Assembly (NCBI GenBank): GCA_029856145.1
Contig: JAHQWK010000012.1
Span: 115,714-179,713 of the forward strand
Reading direction: 5' to 3'
Origin: Promethearchaeia archaeon
Lineage (GTDB): Archaea; Asgardarchaeota; Lokiarchaeia; Sigyniarchaeales; SOKP01
DNA: 64,000 nt
The position numbers and the translations under genes are program-made. Numbering within the stretch: the stretch's first letter is position 1; each line of letters begins with the position of its first letter. This document shows positions 8,930-18,801 of this stretch, in pieces. The notes below the pieces were generated by a model that saw only the letters and a list, made by a program, of their open reading frames with translations, did no database searches and was not told where the DNA came from.

Positions 8930-9988
8930 GTGAAAAAAAAAATGGAATTTTGGTATGCATTAATAGTAGGACTTATTATTGGAGGTATTTTTGGTTTTAT
9001 ATTACAGCGCGGAAGATTCTGTATGAATTCAGCCTTCAGAGATATCATTTTAATGAAAGAATTTAAGCTCGCAAAAGCAGTCGTGGTCTCATTGGCCGTC
9101 TTAATGATTGGTTTCGCGATATTTGCATTTGGCGGAGTAATTAATTTAGCTCCAAAACCATTTAAACCATGGGCAGCAATAGTTGGTGGTTTAATATTTG
9201 GAGGTGGAATGGTTCTTGCAGCTGGGTGTGCAAGTGGAACTACATATCGAGTCGGAGAAGGAATGATGGGATCTTTTGTCGCTGCTGTTGGGTTAACAAC
9301 CGGTGCAATAATGACAAAGTTTGGGCCTCTAAATCCATCAATGCTATTCTTACAAGATGTTGTAGTTGGAGGAAACCTTACAATTTTTGGAGAATTCGCA
9401 GACTTAGGAACAATATTACCGACTTTGATGATTATTATTGGTATAGTAGGGATTGCCCTTATGCTTTTTTTCTGGGGATGGCCAGCTATAAAGAAAAAAA
9501 GAGAAGCAAAGGAACCTTTAATAAAAACTGAAAATTTTGTAGAATCAACCTTTAAAAAAGGATGGCCTTGGTGGGTTACTGGTATTGGTGTTGGTATAAT
9601 ATTAATAGCTGGTTACGTTGCTAGTAATGGTGTAGTAGGTATTACAGGTGGTTGGATTAATATCGATTTATGGCTCGTTTTTGGAGGGTTAAGTCCTATT
9701 GGATGGACTGGTGCTATAATTTTCGGTATTATCCTTGGATCATTCGTTAGTGCTATTATCGCTAAAGAGTTTAAGTTTAGGGTTCCGAAAGAAGGGTTCA
9801 CATTGGTTAAGCAGTTTATAGGCGGAGGCTTAATGGGATTTGGTGCTGTAACAGCGATGGGATGTAATATAACAAACATATTAGGTGGAGTACCTCAGTT
9901 TTCATTACATAGTATTATAGCGGGCGCATGTATAATGTTTGGAGCTTGGATAGCAGCTTATCTTCTATTTATGTGGAGACAAGACTAA
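8930..9988 (+). CDS. YeeE/YedE-family thiosulfate/sulfur-compound transporter
   Basis: Multi-TM; three conserved Cys motifs RGRFCM, GCASG, GCNI. Start is probably ATG 8942. Confidence 0.9.
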   Translation: MKKKMEFWYALIVGLIIGGIFGFILQRGRFCMNSAFRDIILMKEFKLAKAVVVSLAVLMIGFAIFAFGGVINLAPKPFKPWAAIVGGLIFGGGMVLAAGCASGTTYRVGEGMMGSFVAAVGLTTGAIMTKFGPLNPSMLFLQDVVVGGNLTIFGEFADLGTILPTLMIIIGIVGIALMLFFWGWPAIKKKREAKEPLIKTENFVESTFKKGWPWWVTGIGVGIILIAGYVASNGVVGITGGWINIDLWLVFGGLSPIGWTGAIIFGIILGSFVSAIIAKEFKFRVPKEGFTLVKQFIGGGLMGFGAVTAMGCNITNILGGVPQFSLHSIIAGACIMFGAWIAAYLLFMWRQD

Positions 9989-10010
9989 CTTTTGGAGATG
10001 AGAGAGAAAT

Positions 10011-10373
10011 ATGGGACGACTTGGAATACTTTTTTTCAATGGACCATACCAAGCAGAGTCTGCTGAAACTGTTTGTAAATTAGCGAGCACAGCATTAGAT
10101 AAAGGTCATGAAGTGCGAATTTTTTGCTATATGGATGCTGTCAATGCAGCTTTAGAAAATCAAAAAGATATTGAAGGAATATATAACATCGAAAAAGCGT
10201 TCAAAGAAATCCTTGAAAAAGGAGCAACTGTGAGATTATGTAACCTATGTCTTTTAGTGAGAGGTACCATGAAAAATTGTTTAAAGAGAGAATGCGGAGA
10301 TGTTAAAAGAGCTGGGACACCAGATCTTGCTAAGATTATTGATGAAACTGATAAATTAATAGTAATATGTTAA
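10011..10373 (+). CDS. DsrE/TusD-family sulfur relay protein
   Basis: GPY, FCYMDAV, CNLCLLVRG. Confidence 0.85.
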   Translation: MGRLGILFFNGPYQAESAETVCKLASTALDKGHEVRIFCYMDAVNAALENQKDIEGIYNIEKAFKEILEKGATVRLCNLCLLVRGTMKNCLKRECGDVKRAGTPDLAKIIDETDKLIVIC

Positions 10374-10384
10374 GGTGATAATAA

Positions 10385-10729
10385 ATGTCAGAAGAAAAAG
10401 AAGTAGTAATACTTTTACGGCAACCCCCTCATGGAACACTTTATCCCGTTGAGGGTCTAAGAATGTCGGTTGCTGTAAGTGCAGATTTTGATCCAATAAC
10501 CATTGCTATTAATGATGGTGTCTATACCTTTCTTAAAGATGTAGATAAAACGATGTATTCAATGCACATAGATTTTCTTAAGAATATTGACTTGGATATT
10601 TATGTAGATAAGAAATCACTTGATGAACGTGGTCTTACGAAAGATGATCTAATAGAACAAATTGAGATCAAAGAACATGGTGAAATTTTGAAAATGATTG
10701 AAAATTCAACCGTAACTATACCATTTTAG
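10385..10729 (+). CDS. DsrF/TusC-family protein
   Basis: PPHGT..EGLR, DGVY, SLDERGL. Confidence 0.82.
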   Translation: MSEEKEVVILLRQPPHGTLYPVEGLRMSVAVSADFDPITIAINDGVYTFLKDVDKTMYSMHIDFLKNIDLDIYVDKKSLDERGLTKDDLIEQIEIKEHGEILKMIENSTVTIPF

Positions 10730-10734
10730 GAGGT

Positions 10735-11043
10735 TTGATGACAATGAGCAAAAAAGTCTTGTATTTTATCACAAGTGAAGATATCACAGGAGTAGAACTT
10801 GCTATGGAACATACTGATGAAGATGATGTAACAATTCTCTTACTCCAAAATGCTGTATATTTCGCAAATAAAACCAATAAAACTGTTTCACAAGCACTCA
10901 ATCAAAAGAAAACTGTAGCAGCCTGTAAAGAGCATATAGATTTACGAGGTTTAAACAATTTCGTCTCTGATAAAATTAAATTAGTTGCTTCCGAACAAGT
11001 TATCGACTTAATTTTCGAAAATGATACTATCATAAATATGTAA
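10735..11043 (+). CDS. DsrH/TusB-family protein
   Basis: LLQNAVY, HIDLRGL; third gene of a DsrEFH-like triad. Confidence 0.8.
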   Translation: MMTMSKKVLYFITSEDITGVELAMEHTDEDDVTILLLQNAVYFANKTNKTVSQALNQKKTVAACKEHIDLRGLNNFVSDKIKLVASEQVIDLIFENDTIINM

Positions 11044-11187
11044 TTGACAAAATTTAATCATTCTAAATTTTTTTTTAATTTTTTTATTCTTGTAGATAAA
11101 TTAGTCTAGATTTAAAACTTAATTACTCAAAGGTAAAATCTTAATTGATTCTATTATAACCTAAATTCTTTTAATTTTTGTTTCTAT

Positions 11188-12249
11188 TTGACACTTATGA
11201 GTGTAAAAAAAGAAAGCTCAAATATAATCCGCCTAGCACATGGGGCGGGTGGAAGTTTACAAGAAGAATTAATTGATTTCATCACTAAAAATATTCCTTT
11301 TAAAAATATAAATAATGGGATTGGAGTTGAGGCATTAGATGATGGTGCTACAATTCCTTTAAATGGTTATGAAAAAGAAATCGTTGTAACAGCAGATGGG
11401 CATACAATTTATCCTCTTTTCTTTCCTGGGGGAGATTTAGGAACTTTAAGCATTTGTGGAACTGTAAATGATCTTTTAATGATGGGTGCAGAACCATTAG
11501 CTTTAACGTCCATGATAATCATAGAAGAAGGTTTTGAATTCAAAAGTTTAGAAAAAATAATTAATTCAATGAATATAATGACACAAAAAGCGAATATTGC
11601 AATAATTGCGGGAGATACTAAAATAATGCCCCGAGGATCATTAAATGAAATAATTATAGCAACAACAGGGATAGGAATAAAAGATAAAAGCATAAATATT
11701 TTAGATAGCCGCCTAAAAGTTGGAGATCATATAATTATAACTGGGAGTATAGGAGATCATGGAACAGCACTAATGGCTTCTCGAGAAGGGTTAAATATTT
11801 CTACGGACCTAAAGTCAGATCTTTCACTTTTATTAGAAATTCATAATGCAATCAAGTTTGAAATTAATAATAATTTTATTCATGCTATGAAGGATCCAAC
11901 ACGTGGAGGTATTGCAGCTGCTTTAAATGTTTGGGCCGTGAAATCAAATGTAAGCATCTGGATTGATGAGGAAAAAGTCCCGCTTAAAAAACAAGTCACA
12001 GCTATATGTGATATGTTAGGATTAGATCCATACAATATAGCAAGCGAAGGGAGAGCTCTCTTAGCAGTTGATCCAGAGCATTCTGCAAAAATATTAAAAA
12101 AAATCAAGTCAACTGAGATCGGAAAAGATGCTGAAATAATTGGGGAGGTAAAAGTACAAAATCCTCGAAGAGTGTTCTTAAAAACAATTGTAGGAGGAAC
12201 CCGGTTTATAGATATGCCTCTGGGGGACCCAATACCTCGTATTTGTTAA
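11188..12249 (+). CDS. hypE: Hydrogenase maturation protein HypE
   Basis: LAHGAGG, DPTRGG, C-terminal PRIC. Start is probably ATG 11197. Confidence 0.95.
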   Translation: MTLMSVKKESSNIIRLAHGAGGSLQEELIDFITKNIPFKNINNGIGVEALDDGATIPLNGYEKEIVVTADGHTIYPLFFPGGDLGTLSICGTVNDLLMMGAEPLALTSMIIIEEGFEFKSLEKIINSMNIMTQKANIAIIAGDTKIMPRGSLNEIIIATTGIGIKDKSINILDSRLKVGDHIIITGSIGDHGTALMASREGLNISTDLKSDLSLLLEIHNAIKFEINNNFIHAMKDPTRGGIAAALNVWAVKSNVSIWIDEEKVPLKKQVTAICDMLGLDPYNIASEGRALLAVDPEHSAKILKKIKSTEIGKDAEIIGEVKVQNPRRVFLKTIVGGTRFIDMPLGDPIPRIC

Positions 12250-12601
12250 TCATTGTATCCATTCTTATCTTTTTTACATAAAATTTTTTCTATACCTATT
12301 TTAAGAATAGATATGTCTTTCTTAGCAGTATTCCATACTTCTTTTAGATCCACTGTGAAGTATCCGTGGATTAATTTATCTCTTATTCCAGCTAATTTTA
12401 TCCAAGGTTTATTTTTGAAGTTTTTTCTTATATCATCAGAAAGGTTCATTGTAGCTTTTCCAATTATTTCAAGTTCTCTAATTACGGCACTTTGAATCAA
12501 GCATTTCTTTATGAAAGTTTTAAAATAAAAATCCTTTGTAAATTCTATGATATGTATACAGGAATCAATTATATGACTTTAAAGAAGGTCATTTTTATCA
12601 T
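12246..12601 (-). pseudogene. HEPN (DUF86) toxin with disrupted 5' end
   Basis: RDKLIHGY (Rx4H) is intact. The frame continues upstream of the TTG as SHIIDSCIHIIEFTK, then hits an in-frame TAA, and the ATG at 12601 is out of frame. Confidence 0.7.
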
Positions 12602-12901
12602 TCATTCATAAATCACAATTACTTCTTTCAATACTTGATCCTTAATGTGAGGGCTTATTCCATTTCGAGATAATAGATCAATTTTCATATCCAAAGCTTC
12701 AGATAATTCAATTTCTATGCCAACATGATCTAACAAACTAGTTCCCTCAGGGAAATCTACAATTAAATCTAAATCACTTTTTGGTGTTGCTTCTTTACGA
12801 GCATAAGATCCAAAAACTAAAATTCTTTTAATATCATGCTTTACAAGAATAGAAATTATTTTTTTTTTAATTTCCTCATTTAATTGTAACTCTTTTTTCA
12901 A
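12602..12901 (-). CDS. Minimal nucleotidyltransferase (MNT) antitoxin
   Basis: FGSYAR...SDLDL. Confidence 0.9.
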   Translation of the reverse strand: MKKELQLNEEIKKKIISILVKHDIKRILVFGSYARKEATPKSDLDLIVDFPEGTSLLDHVGIEIELSEALDMKIDLLSRNGISPHIKDQVLKEVIVIYE

Positions 12902-13039
12902 TTTGTATCAGTTCTAATTTATATTGAATATATTTTAATTATAGAGAAAGATTATCTTAAATAACTTCTACTATAAATAAAGATAATTTACATTATTATA
13001 ATTTGCTAAACTTTCAAGAATTTTTACTTAGATAATATT

Positions 13040-14134
13040 ATGAATATTCCCGGAATAAGTATCCTTAGAAGTAAAGAGTTTACAAAGAAGATTATAAATT
13101 CAATCAATAAATTAGTAAAAGATATCAATAGATCTGTTAAATTTATGCATATTTGTGGAACTCACGAACATACAATTTCTAAATACGGATTAAGAACTCT
13201 CTTACCTAAAGAAATTGAAGTGTTATCCGGTCCAGGATGTCCTGTATGTATATGTCCAGCAGCAGATATTGATAAAGCCATTGAGCTTGGAAAACGGGAT
13301 GATACGATAATCACTACTTTTGGAGATATGATCCGAGTTCCTGCCTCTAAAATATCTCTAGCAGAACTAAGAGCTAAAGGTGCAGATGTGAGAATTGTCT
13401 ATGGTCCAAATGATGCGGTGAAAATAGCGAAAGAAAACCCAGATAAAGAAGTAATCTTTTTTGCGATAGGATTTGAAACAACCGTTCCCTTAATTGGCTA
13501 TGAAATTCAATCTGGACCTCCTTCAAATTTCTCCGTAATTTGTGCACATAAATTAATTCCAGCTGCGTTAGAACTCTTGATTAGTCAGTCTCAGCTAAAA
13601 ATAGATGGATTTATCTCGCCGGGGCATGTTTCTACAATTATTGGGCTTCAACCTTATAAAATCTTTTCAGATGCTTATAAAGTTCCAAATGTAATTGCTG
13701 GTTTCGAACCTAATGATGTATTGGTTGCTATATTGATGCTCCTAAAGCAGAGAAAAGAAGAAAAGTTTGAAACCTTAAATGAATACTCCCGAGTTGTAAA
13801 ACCAGAGGGAAATAAGATTGCTCAACAAATTATTGCAGATGTTTTTGATTCTGTTTCCTCTCCATGGAGGGGTATTGGAAGAGTCTATGATGGAGGTTTA
13901 GTTATTAAAGAGAAATATCAGGCATTTGATGCTGAAAAGAAATTTGATATAAAAATCGAAAAATCCCAAGACATCCCTCCTGGTTGCTCTTGTCATTTAG
14001 TGATGGTAGGTAAACTCTATCCTTATGAATGTCAATTATTTAGAAAAGAATGCACTCCTATTAATCCTATTGGACCATGTATGGTATCTATGGAAGGTAC
14101 TTGTAGTATTTATTATAAATATCATAGTGAATAA
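13040..14134 (+). CDS. hypD: Hydrogenase maturation protein HypD
   Basis: CGTHEH, GPGCPVC, GFETT, PGHVS, GPCMVSMEGTC. Confidence 0.96.
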   Translation: MNIPGISILRSKEFTKKIINSINKLVKDINRSVKFMHICGTHEHTISKYGLRTLLPKEIEVLSGPGCPVCICPAADIDKAIELGKRDDTIITTFGDMIRVPASKISLAELRAKGADVRIVYGPNDAVKIAKENPDKEVIFFAIGFETTVPLIGYEIQSGPPSNFSVICAHKLIPAALELLISQSQLKIDGFISPGHVSTIIGLQPYKIFSDAYKVPNVIAGFEPNDVLVAILMLLKQRKEEKFETLNEYSRVVKPEGNKIAQQIIADVFDSVSSPWRGIGRVYDGGLVIKEKYQAFDAEKKFDIKIEKSQDIPPGCSCHLVMVGKLYPYECQLFRKECTPINPIGPCMVSMEGTCSIYYKYHSE

Positions 14135-14139
14135 AATTA

Positions 14140-15012
14140 TTAAACCGACCATGGAAAACAAGAATTATATTTATCAGCTCCCCAAGCATCTGTAGCGGGG
14201 AAATTACACCGGTATCCTTTTTCATAATTTTTGTTGTAATATGTTTTTACGTGCATTCCCCACACGATACTATCAAAATCAGCTCTTGTTAATCTTTGGG
14301 CGTCAGAATTTTGAGAAAAATTTTGGGTGCTATACTCAAGACTACATTTCCAATAATATGTTTTTTCTTTAAGATATGATGATTTATCTCCTTGATCCTC
14401 TTGTACCCAAGAAACAAAACAGACATCATCTTTTCCTTCCAAGCAATTAGTCAAATATTTTAACCTAGAATCAAAACCGCCTTCATTAGCGGCCCAATAT
14501 CCGCCCCAATAACTTACAAGAACAATTAGGATACGTCCTTTTAATTCTCTTACTGTTGGCCATTTATAATTCTTTTCTCTGAAATCTTTATAAGTAAAAA
14601 GAGTATTAGGTTTAAACGAATCAATTATAATCTTATTTAATTTCTTGATCCCATAAAGTTCTCCAGGTTGATTATTCGAGTCAATAATTGAATCTTTAAG
14701 TTCAATAAAGAGTGTGATAGGCGCATGGTTTTTATATTGTTCATTAGACCATTCATCTAAGATTTTAAGCCAATTATGGAAGAGAAGATTATTAGGGTTG
14801 CCATCCTCATTAAGAAGAGTATCGATATGATTTTGTAAATGGTATACTTCAAAATCTTCTAATTCTTGTATTTTATCGTCATGTATATCATATTCAAGAC
14901 CCCTAACTCCCTTGTTTAGTTGTTCTCTTATAGAATATTCATATGAATTATGGCTTGTCTTAAAAAATGCTTTATTATAAGGTACATCCCATAGATTTTC
15001 TTTGATAGTCAT
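14140..15012 (-). CDS. PI-specific phospholipase C X-domain-like phosphodiesterase
   Basis: SHNSY...QLNKGVRGLEYDIH...VYH...HAPITLFIELK...WPTVRELKGR. Confidence 0.72.
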   Translation of the reverse strand: MTIKENLWDVPYNKAFFKTSHNSYEYSIREQLNKGVRGLEYDIHDDKIQELEDFEVYHLQNHIDTLLNEDGNPNNLLFHNWLKILDEWSNEQYKNHAPITLFIELKDSIIDSNNQPGELYGIKKLNKIIIDSFKPNTLFTYKDFREKNYKWPTVRELKGRILIVLVSYWGGYWAANEGGFDSRLKYLTNCLEGKDDVCFVSWVQEDQGDKSSYLKEKTYYWKCSLEYSTQNFSQNSDAQRLTRADFDSIVWGMHVKTYYNKNYEKGYRCNFPATDAWGADKYNSCFPWSV

Positions 15013-15161
15013 TTTGGTACTGTATTACTGCATGTGTTATTTGATTCTAAAACGAAATCTTAATTTAATAAGGCTTTTCATAATAAAATATTAATCTTTT
15101 TTTTTAGCGATTATTTAATAATTTAGAATTAAAATTAAATATGAAAATTTGAAGGAACTAG

Positions 15162-17564
15162 TTGAGAGATTATAAAACAGTAGAGATTCGAATCACAGGA
15201 ATAGTTCAAGGTGTAGGATTTAGACCCTTTTTATATAATTTAGCTCGCTCCTTAAATCTCAATGGTTATATTTTAAATAGAGGGAATGCAGGAGTAAGAT
15301 TAATATTACAAGGTTATTCTCAAAATATTAAAAGATTTTTAGAAGATATTAGAATAAAAAAACCAGAAATTTCTTTTATTGAAGATATTGAAATAGATTA
15401 TTTAGATGTTCATGAAGAATTTAAGGATGTAGAGATAAGGAAAAGTGAACAAGGACGAGGTATTAGTCAATCACTTCCACCAGATATAGCAATTTGTAAT
15501 GATTGTTTAAAAGATATGCGTAACACCCAAAATGAAAAGTATTATAACTATCCTTTTATTGCGTGTGCAGTGTGTGGTCCAAGATTTACTACAGTCACAG
15601 AATTACCTTATGATAGGGAAAGGAGTACTATGGGTGAATTTCCTTTCTGCCAACGAGCTGAACCCGAATCTTGTGTTCGAGAATATTCAAATTTTAATAA
15701 TAGAAGATTTCATGCTCAAACATTTGCTTGTTCTGTTTGTGGCCCTCATTATACTTTGTATAATAAAAAGGGAGAAATTATTAATGATGACTCAATAAGT
15801 CTTATCTTGCAAAAAACGGCTAAGATGATTAATGACGGAAATATTGTTGCTGTTAAAGGTCTCGGAGGTACACATCTAGTTAGTTTAGCTGATGATGAAA
15901 CTATTATAAAACTACGTAAAAGAAAAGGAGAAAGAAAGAATAAACCTTTTGCTTTAATGGTACCAAATTTGAATTTAAGTGAAAATGCATTAGAAATTTC
16001 ACCTTTAGAAAGAGAACTCTTAACTTCATTCCGCAGACCTATTGTACTTTTACAGCTAAAGGATCCTTCCAATCATTCAATAATTAGTAATCAGGTGGCA
16101 CCCGGATTAAATAATGTTGGAATTATGCTCCCGTATTCAGGGATCCATTATTTATTATTCGATTTTATTGGAGAAAAACCTTTAATATACACAAGTGGAA
16201 ATAAATCTTATATTCCTATGGCGATAGAAAATACGGATATATTTAATCAACTTGAAGATTTAGCTGATGCGTTTCTACTTCATAATAGACGAATTTATCA
16301 AAGAGCCGATGATAGTGTTTTAAGAATTCATGATAACAAAGTAAAATTAATTAGACGCTCAAGAGGTTTTGTTCCAGAATATTTACCGTTACCGTTTAAG
16401 GTAAATGTTCAAGGTGCTCTTGCTACAGGTCCCGAATTAGCTACAACGGGAGCTATTTTAAGATTTAATAGAATATTTCCAACTCAACATATAGGGCATG
16501 TAACTCATCTTGAAACTTATGAGTTCTTAAAAAATTCGCTTTTGCATATGAAAAATCTACTTCAAATTAAAGATCCTGAAATAGAATTTATAGCATGTGA
16601 TTTACATCCAGAATTTATTACCACCAAATTTGGAAAGGAATTATCTACTCAATTTAATGTTCCACTTTATCCTATCCAACATCATTTTGCTCATATCTTG
16701 GGATTAATGTCAGAAAATAAGGTAGAATCTGAAGAAGAAATTATTGGAATAAGCACAGATGGTGTTGGGTATGGTGATGATGGTAATGTATGGGGTGGAG
16801 AGGTCATCTTATGTAGTTATAATGAGTATAAACGACTTGGCCATTTAGAATATCAACCAATGATAGGAGGAGATCGTTGCACTAAATATCCCGCTCGAAT
16901 GCTAGCTTCAATATTATTAAAAGAACTCGAAATTGAAAAAGCTTCAAAGATCTTTAGTAGCCTAAAACTACAAAATGATTTAGAATATAAAGAAACAGAA
17001 TTAAAAACTCTAATTTCACAATTTAAGGAAGTTAACAACCAATTCCCTTCTAAAAATATCCCGCTTACAAGCTCTACAGGCAGGATTTTTGATGTTGTCT
17101 CATATATTTTAGGAGTAACTAATATAAAAACATATAGAGGGGAACCTGCGATGAGACTTGAAGGATTAGCTTCAATAGGTAACCCTGATAATGTTAAACT
17201 GAAAATTAATATAATTAAAAGAAATAACATCTCAATAATAAATAGCTCGAAACTTATTCTTGATATTATAGAGTTATTTAAAGATAAAAAAAATCATCCA
17301 TCAGATATTGCTGCTAGATTTCAAATAGAATTAGCATTAGCATTTGCAGATGTTGCTAAAGAAATAGCTGAGTTGCAAGGAATTAGTAAAATTGGGTTAA
17401 CTGGAGGTGTTGCTTACAATTATTCATTTGCAAAAACAATAAAAGAAAACATAGAATTAGAAGGTTTTACCTTTTTAGAGCATAATTTGGTTGCCCCTGG
17501 AGATGCTGGTATTAGTACTGGACAATTAATTGGAGGATTATTCCAACACCTTAATAATAAATAA
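15162..17564 (+). CDS. hypF: Carbamoyltransferase HypF
   Basis: GIVQGVGFRPF acylphosphatase domain, Zn fingers, QHHFAH, DGVGYG, GDAGISTGQ. Confidence 0.96.
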   Translation: MRDYKTVEIRITGIVQGVGFRPFLYNLARSLNLNGYILNRGNAGVRLILQGYSQNIKRFLEDIRIKKPEISFIEDIEIDYLDVHEEFKDVEIRKSEQGRGISQSLPPDIAICNDCLKDMRNTQNEKYYNYPFIACAVCGPRFTTVTELPYDRERSTMGEFPFCQRAEPESCVREYSNFNNRRFHAQTFACSVCGPHYTLYNKKGEIINDDSISLILQKTAKMINDGNIVAVKGLGGTHLVSLADDETIIKLRKRKGERKNKPFALMVPNLNLSENALEISPLERELLTSFRRPIVLLQLKDPSNHSIISNQVAPGLNNVGIMLPYSGIHYLLFDFIGEKPLIYTSGNKSYIPMAIENTDIFNQLEDLADAFLLHNRRIYQRADDSVLRIHDNKVKLIRRSRGFVPEYLPLPFKVNVQGALATGPELATTGAILRFNRIFPTQHIGHVTHLETYEFLKNSLLHMKNLLQIKDPEIEFIACDLHPEFITTKFGKELSTQFNVPLYPIQHHFAHILGLMSENKVESEEEIIGISTDGVGYGDDGNVWGGEVILCSYNEYKRLGHLEYQPMIGGDRCTKYPARMLASILLKELEIEKASKIFSSLKLQNDLEYKETELKTLISQFKEVNNQFPSKNIPLTSSTGRIFDVVSYILGVTNIKTYRGEPAMRLEGLASIGNPDNVKLKINIIKRNNISIINSSKLILDIIELFKDKKNHPSDIAARFQIELALAFADVAKEIAELQGISKIGLTGGVAYNYSFAKTIKENIELEGFTFLEHNLVAPGDAGISTGQLIGGLFQHLNNK

Positions 17565-17604
17565 CCATGTGAAAATTTAAGTAATACTCTATTTTTCGAA
17601 TATT

Positions 17605-18696
17605 ATGATTGTTTCTAATAAACATAAGGAAGATTTAGTAAAAGTAGCAAAAAAATTAGAAAGAAAGACTCAATCCTTTCCTAAGGATGAGAATGGGGAG
17701 CCTACTGATACTTATTTAGAATATCTTAGCTTGATGTATGATCCTGATGTTGCAGAATTAGTTATACCCTTACCTGTTTTCCCAGAAACTATCTCCATTG
17801 TTAGACTTGCTAAAAAGACAGGATTAGATAAGAATACATTAAAAAAAAAGCTTGAAATACCGGCTAAGAGAGGTTTTATTATTAAATTAGGTAAAAGTTA
17901 TGCTCAACTAATGCCTTTATTTGTCTATGATATACCATTTATTTTAAAAGTAAATTATGAAGACCATAAAGATGAAATAAAGAAGTTTGCTTATTTAAGT
18001 CGAAAATTCTATACTGAGGAAGGATATTATAAAACTTGGCAGAATAGTAGAAAAGGTGTTCCCAGATTTAGAGTACTAACGGTTAGTGAAGAAATTGAAC
18101 CCAATCGAGAAATTATCCCTATTGAAGAGGTCTATAGTATTATTGATAAATGGGATGACTTTGCGGTAATTCCATGCCCTTGTAGAAAAAGAGCAGAAAT
18201 AGAAGGAATAAGAGAATGTAAAGAGAAATATCCTATTCATAATTGTGTATTATTTGGACCTTATGCTAAAGCTGTATTAGAAATGGGAGATCCCATAATA
18301 AAGTCCGCTTCTAAAAATGAAATCGTAAAAATCACCAAGGAAGCAGCAGAAGTGGGATTGGTTCATTGTACTGATAATAGAGCAGAAAATTGTACGATAT
18401 TGTGTGCTTGCTGTGAGTGTTGTTGCGGAATGCTGAAAGGATTAACAAGATTAGATAATCCAAGAGCTATAGCAAAAGCTAATTTTATTTCACATATAGC
18501 CGAGGATGATTGTATTGCTTGTGGAACTTGCGTAGAAAGATGTAAGTTTGGTGCAATAATAGTAGATGATATTGCTCATGTTAATCCTGAAAAATGTGTT
18601 GGGTGTGGATTATGTGCTGTAACTTGCTCAAACAACGCAATTATTATGAAAAGATTTGAAAGAGAAGAAATTCCAGGAGCCAAAATTACAAATTAA
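17605..18696 (+). CDS. 4Fe-4S dicluster protein with Cys-rich central domain
   Basis: CPCR, CACCECCCG, two CxxCxxCxxxC motifs. Confidence 0.8.
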   Translation: MIVSNKHKEDLVKVAKKLERKTQSFPKDENGEPTDTYLEYLSLMYDPDVAELVIPLPVFPETISIVRLAKKTGLDKNTLKKKLEIPAKRGFIIKLGKSYAQLMPLFVYDIPFILKVNYEDHKDEIKKFAYLSRKFYTEEGYYKTWQNSRKGVPRFRVLTVSEEIEPNREIIPIEEVYSIIDKWDDFAVIPCPCRKRAEIEGIRECKEKYPIHNCVLFGPYAKAVLEMGDPIIKSASKNEIVKITKEAAEVGLVHCTDNRAENCTILCACCECCCGMLKGLTRLDNPRAIAKANFISHIAEDDCIACGTCVERCKFGAIIVDDIAHVNPEKCVGCGLCAVTCSNNAIIMKRFEREEIPGAKITN

Positions 18697-18801
18697 TTAT
18701 ATGTTTTTTTCCAAATTATTCAGGTGCATCTTAGCTTTTTCAAATCATATTGGATTAATAATATTATTTAATAACATTTTTTCGTTCAAATATATAGTGA
18801 A

